From the NCBI GenBank assembly GCA_964602315.1, contig CAZRQP010000001.1, positions 1 to 33,286 on the forward strand: DNA of 33,286 nt. Reading direction: 5' to 3'. This stretch comes from an uncultured Dehalococcoidaceae bacterium. Lineage in GTDB: Bacteria > Chloroflexota > Dehalococcoidia > Dehalococcoidales > RBG-16-60-22. This document shows positions 25,845 through 33,286 of this stretch, piece after piece. Numbering within the stretch: the stretch's first letter is position 1; the number at the start of each line of letters is the position of its first letter. The position numbers and the translations under genes are program-made. Under the pieces are notes generated by a model that did not search any database, was not told where the DNA came from, and saw only the letters and a list, made by a program, of their open reading frames with translations.

Positions 25845-26734
25845 TTCACCACCTCCTGCACCTTTGACTTCAAGTATGGTTTAACCGCTTTAAGAGCCGG
25901 GGAGATATTTTTATTCAGCCCTACCTCTTTAGGACTGAAGCCGAAAGCAATTCCCATTAACTGCGATAAAGCCAGTACCGGCATCTCAAAATTTTTACCA
26001 TTGCGGTTTTTGATACGCCCCTGGTTAGCATCGAGGTTGGTGAAACACAGTGGGCACAGGGTGCTGGAAATGCACTCGCCGCCGTGCTGTTCAACATTAT
26101 CAAGAATTTTATAGAGTAGTCTGTAAATCATCTTTTTATTACTGAAAAGCTGCGTGCCTCCACAGCACTGGGCCTTCAAAGGGAAGAAGACAGTTTCGGC
26201 GCCCAGGGCTTCTGATATCTGGTCCTGGTAGACCGGGAATTCATGGTCGTCCGGCCCGTAAGGTCGCGTCTGGTGGCAGCCGTAATAATTGGCAACCTTC
26301 ATGCCGGTCAATTTCCTCTGCACTTTAGAAGCAATTACATCAAGACCAATATCATTGATAAAAACATCAACCAGGTTTCTGACGCGCAGGGTCCCGTTAT
26401 ATTCCAGATTAGTCGCCGCCAGGGCTTTCTTGACCTGTTCCCTGATTCTGGGGTCCTCGGTATAGGTTACGTGCGCGGCAAGAAGGTTCCGATAGCAGCA
26501 GCTACAAGCAGTAACCATATCAAGTTTAAATTTTTCCGCAATTGCCAGGTTGCGTGTGGCAATGGCAGTTGCCGCCAGCTCATTGATCGACTCTCCGGGG
26601 CAACCGCAGCATGTCCAACCCTCAAGCTCTATGAGTTCTATATCCAACACTTCACAAACCGCATCTATGGATGTTTGAATCGGCTTCCCGGTGCTTCCCA
26701 TGGCGCAGCCGGGAAAATAAGTATATTGTTTCAT
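25841..26734 (-). CDS. hdrB: heterodisulfide reductase subunit B-like (two CCG domains)
   Basis: YFPGCAMGS, WTCCGCPG and AQCCGG CCG-domain motifs are present. The start overlaps the hdrC stop. Confidence 0.9.
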   Translation of the reverse strand: MKQYTYFPGCAMGSTGKPIQTSIDAVCEVLDIELIELEGWTCCGCPGESINELAATAIATRNLAIAEKFKLDMVTACSCCYRNLLAAHVTYTEDPRIREQVKKALAATNLEYNGTLRVRNLVDVFINDIGLDVIASKVQRKLTGMKVANYYGCHQTRPYGPDDHEFPVYQDQISEALGAETVFFPLKAQCCGGTQLFSNKKMIYRLLYKILDNVEQHGGECISSTLCPLCFTNLDANQGRIKNRNGKNFEMPVLALSQLMGIAFGFSPKEVGLNKNISPALKAVKPYLKSKVQEVVK

Positions 26735-27309
26735 TTGGCACCTCCGCTCTTTTGCATTGCCTCGACCGCTTTCAAGATAGCTGTGACCTCCTTGCCGCCT
26801 TTCTTGGTCTGTTTAGGCGGTAAAAGCGGCATCAGACCGCGAGATATCAGGTCCCAGGCTACCCGCATCATCTTCATTCCTTCCAGCAAACTGGTTTTAA
26901 AGTAGAAAAGCATTGCCAGTCTGAGTTCCCAGATACGCCCCTGCATCATTGCGTCGCGTAAACCTCGATGCAGAGTCAAGGTCGGGGTTTTTGGCTTATA
27001 ACCTTCACGCTCGGCGATAGCTTCGACGGCATGAATCAACTGGGTGGGGTTTATATTCCGGGGACAGCGTACCGTGCAGGAATAGCAAGTGACGCAGTTA
27101 AAAGCAGAAGTGCTGGAAAGCACCATGTCTCGCTTGCCGGCCCGTATCATAGCGATGATTTTTCTCGGCGGGTATTGCCACCATTCAACGGTCGGGCAGG
27201 AGCCGCTGCATACCCCACACTGGATACATTCATTGATTTTTTCTCCTCCAGGCTCGGCGGCCACTTCATCAACGAATGACTTGGCTTCTTTGATAGTTTC
27301 TGTCTCCAT
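26731..27309 (-). CDS. hdrC: heterodisulfide reductase subunit C-like (2x[4Fe-4S])
   Basis: CIQCGVCSGSCP and CVTCYSCTVRCP ferredoxin-type motifs are present. The size of 192 aa is typical of HdrC. Confidence 0.9.
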   Translation of the reverse strand: METETIKEAKSFVDEVAAEPGGEKINECIQCGVCSGSCPTVEWWQYPPRKIIAMIRAGKRDMVLSSTSAFNCVTCYSCTVRCPRNINPTQLIHAVEAIAEREGYKPKTPTLTLHRGLRDAMMQGRIWELRLAMLFYFKTSLLEGMKMMRVAWDLISRGLMPLLPPKQTKKGGKEVTAILKAVEAMQKSGGAK

Positions 27310-27341
27310 ATTTTCCCCTTTCCAGGTCTATTCGACCAGAC

Positions 27342-30300
27342 CTAGACTAGAATTCCTTCGATTTGCGCCATTATTTCTTGCGTAGTGTAGTGCTTATGCT
27401 TGATGGCTGCGCTCGGGCAGGCAGCCACGCACGCTCCGCAGCCTTTACAGATGGCGTCGTTAATTCTTGACACCTTCTTTTCTTCAATGTAGTCTATCGC
27501 CCCGTAGGGACAAAGCAGGTTACAGACCCTGCAGCCAGAGCACTTTTCCTCATCGATTTCCGCGATAGTAGCCTCGGTTTCCACCTTACCCTTGCTGATG
27601 AGAGCTAGTATCCTGGCAGCCGCCGCCGAAGCCTGGGAGACACTGTCACGTATGTCCTTTGGACTTTCACAGCAGCCGGCGATGAAAACGCCATCCGTCA
27701 TGGTGGCTACCGGGTCGAGCTTGGGATGCCTCTCGATGAAGAAGTCCCCTTCGCCGCAACTGATGTTGAATATCCTGGCAACATCTCTTGCATTCTCATG
27801 GGGCTCAAGGGCGGAGCTAAGAATTACCATATCGACCGGCAGGCGTTCTTTTTCACCAATGAGGGTATTCTCAAATTTGACGATTAACTTACCCTCTTCG
27901 TAAGGCGTTTCTGCCACATCGGTGATTTCACCGGGGCGGCCTCGGTAAAAAATCGTTCCTTCTTTCAAGATACGGTTATAGAACTCCTCGAAGCCTTTTC
28001 GCGGCGCCCGGATATCAATGTAAAACTCGTAGACTTCCGCCTTGGGCAAGTGTTCTCTAAGCAGGTGTGAAAACTTGAGCGAGTACATGCAGCAGACTGA
28101 CGAGCAATATTCGTGGTAATTAATATCGCGGCTGCCGACACAGTGGACTATCGCTACTCTCTCCGGCTCTTCACCGTTTTTCAACAGTATTTTACCGCTG
28201 GTGGGACCGGCTGAATTTATCATCCGCTCGAATTCCAGACCGGTAATCACATTATCCAGCCGTCCGTAGCCGTATTGCTGCATGACGGAGGGGTCGAACT
28301 CCTTGAACCCTGTCGCCAGCAGAATATTTCCGACATTTACTTCAACTATTTCCTCTTTCATATCGTGTCTTACAGCATTACGTTCACAGGCCGACTCGCA
28401 CAGCAGGCATTCGCAGCAGACAGCACAGTTAAGGCAGCGGTTTGCTTCTTCAATGGCCGCTTCCTCGTCCAGTCCCGCCTCAACTTCATTAAACGACCTA
28501 GTCCTTTCGGCGACAGATAGTTTAGATGTAGTGGCTCTCGGCTTCTCAACTACGCCATCCTTGGATACGTCTTTGACGCGCTCTTTTTCCTCCGGCCGTC
28601 CTTCTTTCATATCGGCGCCCTGCAGATATCTGTCTACGGATATAGCAGCTTCCTTGCCGTCGGCAATTGCTTCGATAACCGTAGCCGGGCCGGCCATGAC
28701 ATCACCGCCAGCAAATACACCTTTAACACTGGTCTCGAAGGTTATTTCATCGGCTTTAACGGTGCCGGACTCGGAATATTCAATATTCCCGGGCAGCATT
28801 GATTTGTTAACCGCCTGGCCTATAGCCATAATAAGGGTATCGATTTCCATATCGAATTCCGACCCTTCAATCGGCATTGGACGCCGTCGCCCGGAAGCAT
28901 CCGGCTCGCCAAGCTCCATCCTGATGCACTTGACCCGGGTCAGCTTTCCGTTGGCCGCAATTACTTCAACGGGATTGGTTAGATAGCGGATTTTTACGCC
29001 TTCCTCCTCCATTTCTTCTATTTCATCGGGGATAGCCGGCATTTCCGCGCGCGAACGGCGGTAAATAATACTCACCTCTTTAACGCCCAGGCGCAGCGCA
29101 GTACGGGCGGCATCGACGGCCGCATTACCACCGCCGACTACAGCCACCCTTTTACCCAGTTCAACCTTCTTGCCTTCACTCACCTGTTTCAGGAACTCAA
29201 TGGCGTGCATCACTCCCCCGGCGTCCTCGCCGGGGATGTTCATCTTCTGACTCACCCAGGCACCGTTGGCCAGGAACACTACCTTGTATCCCTGTTTCTT
29301 AAGCTCGTCAATGTCAGTCACCGCGGTGTTGGTCTTTATCTCAACGCCAAGCTCTTTTACATATTCAATCTCATCATCGAGGATTCGCTTAGGCAGGCGG
29401 TACTCCGGAATCCCGTAGCGCAGCATACCCCCCGCCTGGCTGGCAGCCTCGAAGACAGTCACTGGATAACCTGCTTTCACCAGGTCGTAAGCGCAAGCGA
29501 GCCCGGCTGGACCGGAGCCAACGATAGCGACTTTATCCTTCTTGGTCTTTTCTACCGGCGCAGCTTTCTCACGTCCATTCTTGAGTTCATAGTCGGCCAT
29601 AAACCGCTTTAATGCCCTGATAGCTATAGGCTGGTCTACCTTACCTCGCTCGCACTCGGTCTCGCAGGGATGGGTACAGACCCGTCCGCATACCCCAGCA
29701 AAAGGCATGGTGCGGCGCAGGACTTCCATAGCTTCCTTGAACTTACCCTGCGAAATCAGCGCCACATAACCATGGGCATTTACTCCGGCCGGGCAGGTAA
29801 ACGAACACGGAGATTTCCCCCTCTTATCTATGACGTAAGCGCTAGGGACGGCCTGCGGGAAGGGACGATAGGTGGCTTTCCGCGTGCCTAATTTCATATT
29901 GAATTCCGACGGCACAGTTACCGGGCAGACTTTTTCGCAGTCGGAACAGCCGTTGCACTCATTAACATCAATATACCTGGGCTTCTTACGTATTTTCACA
30001 GTGAAGTTGCCGATGAAACCGGAGACCTCCGTAACTTCGCTGTAAGTCATCAGCTCGATAAACGGATGTGAACCGGCAAGCGTCATCTTCGGCGTAAGGA
30101 TACAGGCAGAGCAATCGAGTGTGGGGAAGGTCTTATCGAGTTGAATCATGTGTCCGCCGATGCTCGGCTCTCTTTCCACCAGATATACCTTATGCCCGGA
30201 ATCAGCGATTTCCAGTGCCGCCTGGATTCCGGCGACACCGCCGCCCACAACCAGAGTATCGGGATGTACCGGCACTTCTCTCGTCTCCAGAGGTTCCTGG

Positions 30301-30686
30301 TAGTATACCCTCCTTACCGAAGCCCTTACCAGCGCCTTGGCTTTCTCTGTGGCCGCTTCCGGGTCCTCGGTAATCCAGGAGGCATGCTCGCGGATGTTCG
30401 CCATTTCAAACAGGTATGGGTTAAGTCCGGCCCGCTGCATCAGGCGGCGGAAGGTCGGCTCGTGCATCTGCGGGGTGCATGAGGCAACAACTACCCGGTT
30501 CAGTCCCATTTCTTTGATATCCTGCTCGATCAACGCCTGTCCCGGACCGGAACACATGAACCTGTATTCGCGGGCAATCGTTACCGTCGGCAGACTCTGG
30601 GCATATTCCACGACCTTGGGAACATCAATCTTACCCAGAATATTTGAACCGCAATCGCAGACATACACACCTATTTTCGGTTCCAT
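27342..30686 (-). CDS. hdrA: HdrA-like flavoprotein with an inserted GltD/NfnB-like NAD(P)H-oxidoreductase module (1114 aa)
   Basis: HdrA hallmarks are present: IGVYVCDCGSNI, VVGGGVAGIQAAL, LDCSACILTPKM, VHCVGSRD..YCSSVCCMYS and a C-terminal 2x[4Fe-4S]. They are interrupted by about 450 aa that carry GVCGRVCTHPCETECERG, VAIVGSGPAGLACAY, VAVVGGGNAAVDAA and VFAGGDV, which are glutamate-synthase small-subunit-type motifs. Confidence 0.85.
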   Translation of the reverse strand: MEPKIGVYVCDCGSNILGKIDVPKVVEYAQSLPTVTIAREYRFMCSGPGQALIEQDIKEMGLNRVVVASCTPQMHEPTFRRLMQRAGLNPYLFEMANIREHASWITEDPEAATEKAKALVRASVRRVYYQEPLETREVPVHPDTLVVGGGVAGIQAALEIADSGHKVYLVEREPSIGGHMIQLDKTFPTLDCSACILTPKMTLAGSHPFIELMTYSEVTEVSGFIGNFTVKIRKKPRYIDVNECNGCSDCEKVCPVTVPSEFNMKLGTRKATYRPFPQAVPSAYVIDKRGKSPCSFTCPAGVNAHGYVALISQGKFKEAMEVLRRTMPFAGVCGRVCTHPCETECERGKVDQPIAIRALKRFMADYELKNGREKAAPVEKTKKDKVAIVGSGPAGLACAYDLVKAGYPVTVFEAASQAGGMLRYGIPEYRLPKRILDDEIEYVKELGVEIKTNTAVTDIDELKKQGYKVVFLANGAWVSQKMNIPGEDAGGVMHAIEFLKQVSEGKKVELGKRVAVVGGGNAAVDAARTALRLGVKEVSIIYRRSRAEMPAIPDEIEEMEEEGVKIRYLTNPVEVIAANGKLTRVKCIRMELGEPDASGRRRPMPIEGSEFDMEIDTLIMAIGQAVNKSMLPGNIEYSESGTVKADEITFETSVKGVFAGGDVMAGPATVIEAIADGKEAAISVDRYLQGADMKEGRPEEKERVKDVSKDGVVEKPRATTSKLSVAERTRSFNEVEAGLDEEAAIEEANRCLNCAVCCECLLCESACERNAVRHDMKEEIVEVNVGNILLATGFKEFDPSVMQQYGYGRLDNVITGLEFERMINSAGPTSGKILLKNGEEPERVAIVHCVGSRDINYHEYCSSVCCMYSLKFSHLLREHLPKAEVYEFYIDIRAPRKGFEEFYNRILKEGTIFYRGRPGEITDVAETPYEEGKLIVKFENTLIGEKERLPVDMVILSSALEPHENARDVARIFNISCGEGDFFIERHPKLDPVATMTDGVFIAGCCESPKDIRDSVSQASAAAARILALISKGKVETEATIAEIDEEKCSGCRVCNLLCPYGAIDYIEEKKVSRINDAICKGCGACVAACPSAAIKHKHYTTQEIMAQIEGILV

Positions 30687-30744
30687 GCTTTACCTCCTAA
30701 AAATAGAAACGTAAGACACTTTTTTGAATAAATATTGCAACGGT

Positions 30745-30785
30745 AAAAATAAAAGAGGCGAGATAGTCAAATACCCCACCTCTCT
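30745..30785 (-). terminator. putative intrinsic terminator between the response-regulator gene and hdrA
   Basis: The minus strand reads AGAGGTG-(16-nt loop)-CGCCTCT, a 7-bp stem including one G-U pair, followed by TTTTATTTTT. This lies about 85 nt downstream of the stop at 30869. Confidence 0.45.
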
Positions 30786-30868
30786 TTCTACCACTTTGTA
30801 CCTGCTTTCACGCACATTTGCATGCTTACTCTTTTCCGCCATTCTTCATTGCTACCCAAGGATAGTAT

Positions 30869-31351
30869 TCAGATGAGTCTCTCAAGTTGACTCGGAGAAA
30901 AAGGCTTCACTATGAATTCTATAGCACCTGCTTTCATTGCCTCTACAGCCGTCTCAACTGACGGATAGGCAGTCATCACGATGGAATTAATATCTGGTTG
31001 TATCTGCTTTACCTCTTTCATTACATCGATGCCGCTTCTGCCTGTCAACCTAACATCGATAATAAGTGCATCGAATTCCTGGTTTTTTACCATATCGATG
31101 GTCTCTTCACCTGTTCCGGCTGTAGTCACGTTATAACTGTCTTTAAACCAGTCACGGAGGCCCTCGCGCATGACTTTTTCATCATCGACAATCAGGACAG
31201 ACTTTTTTCTTGACGGATTCTGGATGTCATGGTCCATCAACCTGATTATATAGTCCTGCATGGAACTGCCGATATAGGCGCATTTAACTTTAAGCTTTGT
31301 ATAAAGTTCTTTAGGAATCCTGATGTGTATATCTTTTTGTATATCAAACAT
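30869..31351 (-). CDS. response regulator with N-terminal ribbon-helix-helix (CopG-like) domain and C-terminal receiver domain
   Basis: Residues ~5-45 (IHIRIPKELYTKLKVKCAYIGSSMQDYIIRLM) have a beta-alpha-alpha RHH pattern. The REC domain has VDDE, the phospho-acceptor LIIDVRL, IVMTAY and FIVKPF. Confidence 0.75.
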   Translation of the reverse strand: MFDIQKDIHIRIPKELYTKLKVKCAYIGSSMQDYIIRLMDHDIQNPSRKKSVLIVDDEKVMREGLRDWFKDSYNVTTAGTGEETIDMVKNQEFDALIIDVRLTGRSGIDVMKEVKQIQPDINSIVMTAYPSVETAVEAMKAGAIEFIVKPFSPSQLERLI

Positions 31352-31495
31352 GTACTAAAGGTCTATGTATATTGGTACATTTGAACCTTGGTTTAATGAT
31401 ATCAAGTGCTCAAAAAAAAATCAATAGCGCCTTTAAATCATGGATTAAAATACCTGAAAAATTATATTGGCAGTCGTAATCACCAAGGAATTATG

Positions 31496-32371
31496 TTATC
31501 GCTCAAGCTCAACTTTAATCCCCGTGTTGATTCCGTAAGTGTCGGCAAAACTGCCATTGTTTATAGAAAACTGCACCGTTCCCAGCGAATTAATAGTAAG
31601 AACACACTCTCCCGCGGGAACGTCACCATAGGTCTCGCCGTATTTTGCCTCTATAGTATTTCCGTCGATGATTATCAAAACCGTGTCCCCGATATTCAGG
31701 CCGTACTCGCTTAAGGTTTCACCGGGTATGTTGGTCAGGCAATTACCAAAGTGGTCGATAAACACCATGGAGCCGGCTATCTTTCCGTCGGTTATCCCGC
31801 CTTCCTGGATATCCAGCATTACGGTTGAGGCAATCGGCGGCCCCATATCCGCCGGACTATGACCGGAAGCGATAAGAGCCCCCACTCTACCCAGTAGGTA
31901 GTGGAAAGACAGGGTTGAAATAGGCTGGTCGAAAAGTGCCTGGTTGGCGACCTCATATATATTTTTAACACCCATATCGCTAATAATGTAGGTAAGCAGT
32001 CCGTTATCCGGCGCCACGAAAACCTGGTCCTTGTTATTGGTCAGCACCAACGATCTTCCTTCGGCGGTGCTGCGTGCCCCGACCACGGCGACAAAGACGA
32101 ATCCCCCGGGAAACTCCTTTGCCGTCAGACCAAGCACATAAGCGCCGGCGGCGATATCATAGGACGTAATACCGTGAGTAGCATCGATTACCTGTGCGTC
32201 GGGATAAGTATCATAAATCACACCTTTAAGCCTGGGCACGCGGTAATCATCGGTACCGAAATCGGTCAGCAGTACCAGAGGCATATCAGGATTGGACGGA
32301 ACGCCGCATCCTGAAACAGGTATCAATAAAGCTAATAGAAGCAGAATTGATAATAGACATTTTCGTTTCAT
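31496..32371 (-). CDS. DUF62 / SAM hydroxide adenosyltransferase (fluorinase-chlorinase fold) homologue with lipoprotein signal peptide and degenerate active-site motifs
   Basis: MKRKCLLSILLLLALLIPVSGC is a signal peptide with a lipobox. LLTDFGTDDYRV..LKGVI and PDNGLLTY are family motifs. The canonical V(I)DPGVGT is replaced by VVGARST, and FHGRD by FHYLLGR (alignment by eye). Confidence 0.7.
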   Translation of the reverse strand: MKRKCLLSILLLLALLIPVSGCGVPSNPDMPLVLLTDFGTDDYRVPRLKGVIYDTYPDAQVIDATHGITSYDIAAGAYVLGLTAKEFPGGFVFVAVVGARSTAEGRSLVLTNNKDQVFVAPDNGLLTYIISDMGVKNIYEVANQALFDQPISTLSFHYLLGRVGALIASGHSPADMGPPIASTVMLDIQEGGITDGKIAGSMVFIDHFGNCLTNIPGETLSEYGLNIGDTVLIIIDGNTIEAKYGETYGDVPAGECVLTINSLGTVQFSINNGSFADTYGINTGIKVELER

Positions 32372-32510
32372 GTTTACCTCTTGCTAGCATTATGCTACGG
32401 AACAGACCTGGCGGTCAATCACATAGACAGAGAAATCCTATATATATTAAACTAATAAGAGAGGCCGTTAATGATTCACATGGTAAATAAACGTTGAGGT
32501 TTTATGTATT

Positions 32511-33286
32511 TTGAAAAAAGAAAAACTTATTAAGAGTAAGAAGAATACTCTCCCGCAGTCTTTATTCTGTTTAGTTATCGCTGTTTTAGTTATCGGGGCT
32601 GCCCTGGTAACGGCGTGCGGCCAGGCGGGAACCGAGTCTCAAGCCAATTCCACAGAATACGCCGATAATCCCATTGCCGAAAGAGAAACAATGACGCAAA
32701 TATCAACGATTGATGCCCTTCTCAACGGCGTGTACGACGGCGTTATGACGTATGAAGTACTTAAGGGATACGGCGATTTCGGTATCGGCACTTTTAAAGG
32801 CCTCGACGGCGAGATGCTGGCCTTCGACGGCGAGTTTTATCAGGTTAAAGCCGACGGCGTAGCCTACCCTGTCGCCGATAGCCAGGAAACACCGTTCGCG
32901 ATGGTAACATTCTTCGATACCGACTATACGGGTGAGTTGGCGCAAGGCCTTGATTACACTTCACTACAGGAGTATCTAGATAGTATTCTACCCAGCATAA
33001 ACACCTTCTGCGCCATTAAAATCGAAGGCACGTTCAGCTATATGAAAACACGGAGCGTACCCGCCCAGCAAAAGCCCTACCCCCCGCTGGTTGAAGTCAC
33101 CAAACACCAGCCCATCTTTGAATTCGAGGAGGTGGAAGGCACCATGGTCGGGTTCCGCTCTCCTCCTTTTATCACCGGCCTTAATATGCCGGGCTACCAC
33201 CTGCATTTCCTGACAAATAGCAAGGATGCCGGCGGTCACGTGCTTGAGTTTACTATCGGACATGCCGAGGTTTTCATAGACTATAC
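32511..33286 (+). CDS. alsD: alpha-acetolactate decarboxylase family protein with predicted lipoprotein signal peptide (3'-truncated by the window edge)
   Basis: This frame is not in the ORF track because it runs off the window. A TTG start at 32511 follows GAGG by 11 nt. The signal peptide ...VIGAALVTAC ends in a lipobox. STIDALLNGVYDG, GIGTFKGLDGEMLAFDGEFYQ, GTMVGFRSPPF, GYHLHFL and GGHVLEF are AlsD/BudA hallmarks. The start codon is uncertain. Confidence 0.8.
   Translation, partial: MKKEKLIKSKKNTLPQSLFCLVIAVLVIGAALVTACGQAGTESQANSTEYADNPIAERETMTQISTIDALLNGVYDGVMTYEVLKGYGDFGIGTFKGLDGEMLAFDGEFYQVKADGVAYPVADSQETPFAMVTFFDTDYTGELAQGLDYTSLQEYLDSILPSINTFCAIKIEGTFSYMKTRSVPAQQKPYPPLVEVTKHQPIFEFEEVEGTMVGFRSPPFITGLNMPGYHLHFLTNSKDAGGHVLEFTIGHAEVFIDY

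Noticed and set aside
28282-28986. Long antisense ORFs inside recognised genes. Examples: 28282..28986, 26243..26905, 24611..25114, 23409..23873, 21106..21579, 17257..17682, 13118..13531, 12093..12500, 14171..14650, 5565..5900, 32703..32945, 32988..33263.
   Set aside because: Each lies fully within, and opposite to, a gene with strong family motifs. The translations are Ser/Arg/Pro-rich with no recognisable domains, which is typical of shadow ORFs.
23007-30686. Selenocysteine (in-frame UGA) recoding in the hdrA/mvhD/mvhA homologues.
   Set aside because: All six ORFs are uninterrupted, and the positions that are Sec in some organisms are Cys here (for example C-terminal DLCLACASH). There is no split-ORF pattern.
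31350-31380. Inverted repeat ATGTAC-N19-GTACAT overlapping the response-regulator start codon, considered as an RHH auto-operator.
   Set aside because: The arms are only 6 bp long and the spacer is long, so the pattern is not statistically distinguishable from chance.
1-33286. CRISPR arrays, rRNA genes, intact tRNAs, transposases, integrases, and retron or DGR-type reverse transcriptases.
   Set aside because: Scanning both strands turned up no regularly spaced direct repeats, no rRNA-like segments, no complete cloverleaf and no recombinase or RT motifs.

Overview
All calls below come from reading the sequence and ORF translations by eye. No database or HMM search was run.

The window looks like a bacterial chromosomal segment from an anaerobe. 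Shine-Dalgarno sites are AGGAGG-like, many operon genes overlap start to stop, and coding regions appear to be in the high-40s % GC (eyeball estimate). The taxon cannot be determined from the sequence. The gene content (non-Pyl MttB paralogues, Hdr/Mvh) would fit Chloroflexota/Dehalococcoidia-like or Desulfobacterota/Firmicutes-like anaerobes.

Layout:
1. 391-5967 (+): housekeeping and sugar genes. These are a CE4-like hypothetical protein, a SAM methyltransferase, a DUF59 protein, a ROK fructokinase, a GH13_18 sucrose-phosphorylase-family enzyme and a NIF3-like protein.
2. ~5970-8700: an AT-rich, gene-poor island. It holds one minus-strand gene whose C-terminal domain carries an Rx4H HEPN-type motif, and two small plus-strand ORFs.
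3. 8710-15361 (+): a corrinoid methyltransferase locus. It encodes a stand-alone MetH-activation-domain protein, two tandem modules of Pyl-free MttB-family methyltransferase plus corrinoid protein, and an AsnB-like protein that lacks the N-terminal catalytic Cys.
4. 15362-16269: an AT-rich gene desert containing a tRNA(Ala)/tmRNA-like 3'-end fragment.
5. 16270-19839 (-): an OpuB/OpuC-type betaine/choline ABC transporter. It is followed by an MscS-family channel (20238-21584).
6. 21732-31351 (-): a histidine kinase, then an hdrA(GltD-fused)-hdrC-hdrB-mvhD-mvhG-mvhA operon, then an RHH-REC response regulator.
7. 31496-33286: a divergent pair of predicted lipoproteins. One is a degenerate DUF62/SAM-hydrolase homologue. 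The other is an alpha-acetolactate decarboxylase cut off by the window edge.

A ~40-nt intergenic element recurs three times in the same orientation and brackets the methyltransferase and transporter modules. No CRISPR array, rRNA, intact tRNA, transposase or integrase was recognised.
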